From a virus, in IMG/VR virus record IMGVR_UViG_3300035034_001349, positions 10,329 to 74,328 of that record: a DNA stretch of 64,000 nucleotides; one strand, written 5' to 3'. Numbering within the stretch: position 1 is the stretch's first letter; the number at the start of each line of letters is the position of its first letter. Below are positions 60,342-64,000 of this stretch, one piece after another. Below the pieces are notes generated by a model. That model saw only the letters and a program-made list of their open reading frames with translations, had not been told where the DNA came from and made no database searches. The position numbers and the translations under genes were made by a program.

Positions 60342-62145
60342 CTCCTTTTCTAAATTTATCTAATTTTAATTTATTCTTAATCACGTTTAATGAATCGAAA
60401 AACTTTTCCTTAGTCTTAGTAACCTTGGTTTTAATTTCATGCTTTATCATTTGCTTTTTAATTTTATCCTTATTTAAATATAATATTAAACCGACAAATA
60501 ATACTGCAGTAAAGACATGTCTTCGTTCTATATCCGAGCCTTTAATACCATTCTTGATTTCATCCATTGACATATTTAATAAGTTTATATCATTCTTATT
60601 CAATTCATATGCAATCAAACCAATAGGAAGTAGCATTTTAAATTCCCTTGAATTAAGAATACTCTTATAATCAATATCACCTAATTTAGAATTTAATAAA
60701 TGATAGTTATCAGATATAGCTTTATCAAGTCCACCCTCTTTGAATGTCTTATAAAAAGATATAGGAATATTAAGAACTGGATTTATTCCACCATCATAAT
60801 TAAATGGAGTAAGCAACTTATGAAAAATCTGATTACCTAATAAGTCTTGTGAAGATTGTATTATCTTAATAGTATTATTCTCATATGAAGATACTCTTAA
60901 CTGTCTTTTACCCTCTTTACCCTCAACTCTAAGAAGATTACCTTCATTATCTCTAACAGTATCATTTATATTAACATTCTTAATGTCTGTTGGAATGATA
61001 ATTCCTACTGGAATGTTACTAATGATTTCAGTATTTTTAACATCAATATATCCTTCAGCTTTACCAGAGTATGATTTACCATAAAATGAAAGTCCAGTAG
61101 GTGTTAATGCTATATTTTTATCTTTAACTATATAATCTTCTAACTTTCCTGCAATAGTTGAAACCATAATAGCTATATCACTTTTTGTATTACTGTCAAA
61201 TCCATTAATATTATTTGCATCTGTCATTCTTATTTCATCTCCTTTTATTCTATTTAATGACGCATTATCCGATAATTCGGTCCCACCAATCTCATTATTA
61301 TTTTCTCTAATAGTTATTACTTTTTCACCATAAATAAGTGCACTTAATATTTCAGAATATTCATTAGAAGCGTAAGACACCTTGAAATGGTCTACCCCAT
61401 CGATAAACTTATTATTATGAATTATATCACCAAGTTCTACTTTTCCATCTCCCTTAAACTTAAGTATATAATCCTGAAATGTACTAGTATTATTAAGTTT
61501 TGAGGTAGCGTTTAGTCTTACAGATACCAAATCTTTTTCAATCTTATAAATGGAATATTTTGAAGGTGTTCTATCACCCCAATCATGAATTTTAACTGCC
61601 TTTTCCAAATCAGTATTAGACTCTACAAACTCAGAACTGTCCACAATATCGTCAATTATATAAGAATTCACTACTTTCCCCCTATTATTTATACCTAAAG
61701 TGTTATTTCTAATATCATCATCCATCTCATCTAGTCTAATGTCATCTACTCTATCTTTATGTTCTTGTTCAATTTCATAATGTGATTTTATAGAAAATAT
61801 ACTCTGATATTCTATAAGATCTTTTCCAACAATTTCTAAATCATTAGTTATGGATGATACCATTAATAACCGTGGAGTATATCCCCCGTCATTTAAAAAA
61901 TCGGTTGTAATAATATCTCCAACTTCTAAGTCTTTAGCATCATCTACATGTATTATACAAACTCTTTTATATGGAGAATTATTAATATGCATAGTTGGAT
62001 CAATAAATCTTTTATCTTTAACTACCTCAACAGACATATAGTTTGTTAAATTCTCCACAGTGTAGTCACCTAGTGTAACTTCATTAGTATTCCTATCTAT
62101 ACTCCTATAATATACCTTATTTGTTATTGCGTAATCTGTACTCAC
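60319..62145 (-). CDS. Large hypothetical protein with C-terminal hydrophobic segments
   Basis: 608 aa; repeated xGD-I-I/V small-barrel motifs; TM-like VFTAVLFVGLILYL. Confidence 0.7.
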   Translation of the reverse strand: MSTDYAITNKVYYRSIDRNTNEVTLGDYTVENLTNYMSVEVVKDKRFIDPTMHINNSPYKRVCIIHVDDAKDLEVGDIITTDFLNDGGYTPRLLMVSSITNDLEIVGKDLIEYQSIFSIKSHYEIEQEHKDRVDDIRLDEMDDDIRNNTLGINNRGKVVNSYIIDDIVDSSEFVESNTDLEKAVKIHDWGDRTPSKYSIYKIEKDLVSVRLNATSKLNNTSTFQDYILKFKGDGKVELGDIIHNNKFIDGVDHFKVSYASNEYSEILSALIYGEKVITIRENNNEIGGTELSDNASLNRIKGDEIRMTDANNINGFDSNTKSDIAIMVSTIAGKLEDYIVKDKNIALTPTGLSFYGKSYSGKAEGYIDVKNTEIISNIPVGIIIPTDIKNVNINDTVRDNEGNLLRVEGKEGKRQLRVSSYENNTIKIIQSSQDLLGNQIFHKLLTPFNYDGGINPVLNIPISFYKTFKEGGLDKAISDNYHLLNSKLGDIDYKSILNSREFKMLLPIGLIAYELNKNDINLLNMSMDEIKNGIKGSDIERRHVFTAVLFVGLILYLNKDKIKKQMIKHEIKTKVTKTKEKFFDSLNVIKNKLKLDKFRKGDDTNDKK

Positions 62146-62157
62146 TCATCAATCCTC

Positions 62158-62715
62158 CTATTTTAATTTATTCTCTACATATGCAAACCATTGAATTTCA
62201 TTAATAAAGTTGAAGAAATCATGCCTCATATAAATTTTAAACCTAGAATCAGTAATATTATTTTTATTAGTCTCTATAATATACATATAACCCAGCTTAA
62301 TCCATTTATTTATATTTTCCAAGTCAATATCATCTATTCTATCTGGATCTACAACTCCTTCATTAATAGATGTATATTTTAAATAAACTAATATAGACAA
62401 TTCCTTAGTACTAATATAATGACCTAAAAACTCTTTAGATATTATATTAACACGTTCAGTAACTCTACCTCTATTAAAGTTTTCTCCATACTCATTATTT
62501 TTATAAATTATATCATGGCTAGCATACTTATTATCCCTAGTGATTATATAGTAAAATAGCATCCATATAGTCAATGCTAAAATAGTTTCAATAGAGTTTC
62601 CTATAATTACTATAGTTATCAATAATACTGTGGGAATAACCATATACAAAATTATAGGAAGAACCCTATATAATAAGGATTCTCCCAAATTCATATCTTT
62701 AAATACTCTTTTCAT
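62158..62715 (-). CDS. Membrane protein (2 N-terminal TM)
   Basis: 185 aa, AGGAGGT SD. Confidence 0.7.
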   Translation of the reverse strand: MKRVFKDMNLGESLLYRVLPIILYMVIPTVLLITIVIIGNSIETILALTIWMLFYYIITRDNKYASHDIIYKNNEYGENFNRGRVTERVNIISKEFLGHYISTKELSILVYLKYTSINEGVVDPDRIDDIDLENINKWIKLGYMYIIETNKNNITDSRFKIYMRHDFFNFINEIQWFAYVENKLK

Positions 62716-62732
62716 TTATAAACCTCCTAAAT

Positions 62733-63461
62733 CTAGAGTCTTAAATATTGTTGTAATTCATCATTGAACTCAATACCCTGTAAGATTAGATTGGTCTTTA
62801 ATTCTGAATCATTCATATCACCAATATATTCATATCTAAAATTATCATCAGTTCTAATAAAATTATTTTTAGATATAAATGAATATATTAATTCTAATGG
62901 ACTTTTTAATACATCTATTTCTTCTGCTAGTTTCTTCTCCTCACTAGTAAAACTTATTTCATCACTGACAAACTTATTTTCTTTCCAAAACTCTTTATCA
63001 CATACAGTTATATATGTCTTATCTAAATTTTCTATGTCATAATCAAATGCAAAATATAACTTCTTTCTAAGCTTAAGTCTAGGAATGAATTTAGTATCTG
63101 TTCTCTCATATACACTCCTTGTAAATGAATAATTTATACTAAATGTATTTGTAAGTGTTAATGGTGTAATGATAGACATAACATCTCTTATGGATACAAA
63201 TTTACTTACATCTAGGTGTGGACCAACTATATCATCTTCACCATCATTGTATATAAACATAGGTTCTTTTTCATATAATATTTCTTCCATATCATCTATT
63301 ACACTATTTTGAACATTCTCATAACTTAATAACATATCTGATGTTAAAATACTACTTACTGAACTATCCCATACATCACAATCAATCAAGTACACTTTCT
63401 TAATATTATTACGTATAACTAATGACACGTAGTATCTTACCTCATTACTCATTATTTTCAA
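62733..63461 (-). CDS. Hypothetical protein
   Basis: 242 aa. Confidence 0.65.
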   Translation of the reverse strand: MKIMSNEVRYYVSLVIRNNIKKVYLIDCDVWDSSVSSILTSDMLLSYENVQNSVIDDMEEILYEKEPMFIYNDGEDDIVGPHLDVSKFVSIRDVMSIITPLTLTNTFSINYSFTRSVYERTDTKFIPRLKLRKKLYFAFDYDIENLDKTYITVCDKEFWKENKFVSDEISFTSEEKKLAEEIDVLKSPLELIYSFISKNNFIRTDDNFRYEYIGDMNDSELKTNLILQGIEFNDELQQYLRL

Positions 63462-63464
63462 CTC

Positions 63465-63656
63465 CTATAATCTTCTATAAAGTTCACCATAAGGTGGTGT
63501 TGCAAATGTAGTTCCACACCTACAATTAAAAACCTTCTCACTAACTAAACTAGTTATGTCTACTGGTACTTTCGAATTGATACTTACTAACCGTGATATC
63601 TCATTTCCACAGTCTGGACACTTATAATAAATTGTAAATGATACTTTATTCTCCAT
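63465..63656 (-). CDS. Small zinc-ribbon protein
   Basis: CPDCG...CRCG; AAGGAG SD. Confidence 0.65.
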   Translation of the reverse strand: MENKVSFTIYYKCPDCGNEISRLVSINSKVPVDITSLVSEKVFNCRCGTTFATPPYGELYRRL

Positions 63657-63659
63657 TAT

Positions 63660-64000
63660 TTATCTCTCCTTATACTGATTAATTTCTGAAATAACCTTAG
63701 GTAGTTTAAATGATGTTCTATACAAGTAAATTAATAATCCAACAATTTCAACTATGACAGCAAATGATACCATAAACGTGTGTAGATTATTGGTTGGTAA
63801 ACTCCTTGCATATGCTATGTGTAACAAGATTACTATATGATTGGATACAAGTAAAAATATTGACTTTCTTCGTATATCTAAGACCTCAGCCTTATTCACT
63901 CTCATTAAATCCATCATATATGTTACATTGTATCTGACTGCAATTCTTGAAATCGGTATTGCTATTAATACCACTACTAAATATTGATTAATGATACTGC
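63660..64000 (-). CDS. Membrane protein, probably 5'-truncated by the window edge
   Basis: Hydrophobic ORF whose frame appears open to the window end. Confidence 0.55.
   Translation of the reverse strand, partial: SIINQYLVVVLIAIPISRIAVRYNVTYMMDLMRVNKAEVLDIRRKSIFLLVSNHIVILLHIAYARSLPTNNLHTFMVSFAVIVEIVGLLIYLYRTSFKLPKVISEINQYKER

Noticed and set aside
703-63042. Many 60-165 aa ORFs antisense to long genes (e.g. 1494, 13889, 23157, 52556)
   Set aside because: They are Ser/Leu/Ile/Phe-rich shadows of the coding strand, with no SD, and overlap well-supported genes.
1-64000. Stop-codon reassignment
   Set aside because: Core genes are full length in the standard code, and TAA, TAG and TGA all end genes.
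1-64000. Phage nucleus genes (chimallin, PhuZ tubulin), tRNAs, inteins
   Set aside because: No recognisable motifs in this window. Absence elsewhere in the genome cannot be judged.

Overview
A 64-kb, very AT-rich segment of a jumbo myophage. It most resembles the AR9/PBS1-type branch of phiKZ-related phages, and the strong AGGAGG ribosome-binding sites suggest a low-GC Gram-positive host (inference). It encodes pieces of two split multisubunit RNA polymerases (virion and non-virion). The non-virion beta' C-half is interrupted by a complete group I intron (8474-8862). Replication and nucleotide genes: a two-gene family B DNA polymerase, SbcC/Rad50 ATPase, SF2 helicase, NAD-dependent ligase, dCMP deaminase, HAD nucleotidase, HU. 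Morphogenesis genes: portal, tail tube, sheath, terminase, GroES, prohead protease, major capsid. Two phage promoter classes can be read directly: an early motif ATATATTAT-N4-RTGAT (14 copies) and an AR9-type late motif AACA-N6-TA (about 19 copies). Most interesting unexplained items: (1) a stand-alone structured RNA of about 250 nt with its own early promoter and terminator (22440-22695); (2) an early array of about 11 highly diverged paralogs with signs of ongoing change (29772-34886); (3) five tandem small 3-TM proteins leading the non-virion RNAP operon; (4) a candidate transcription-primed origin next to HU; (5) a second non-coding hairpin locus (56895-57303). All product calls come from motif recognition by eye. 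No database searches were run.
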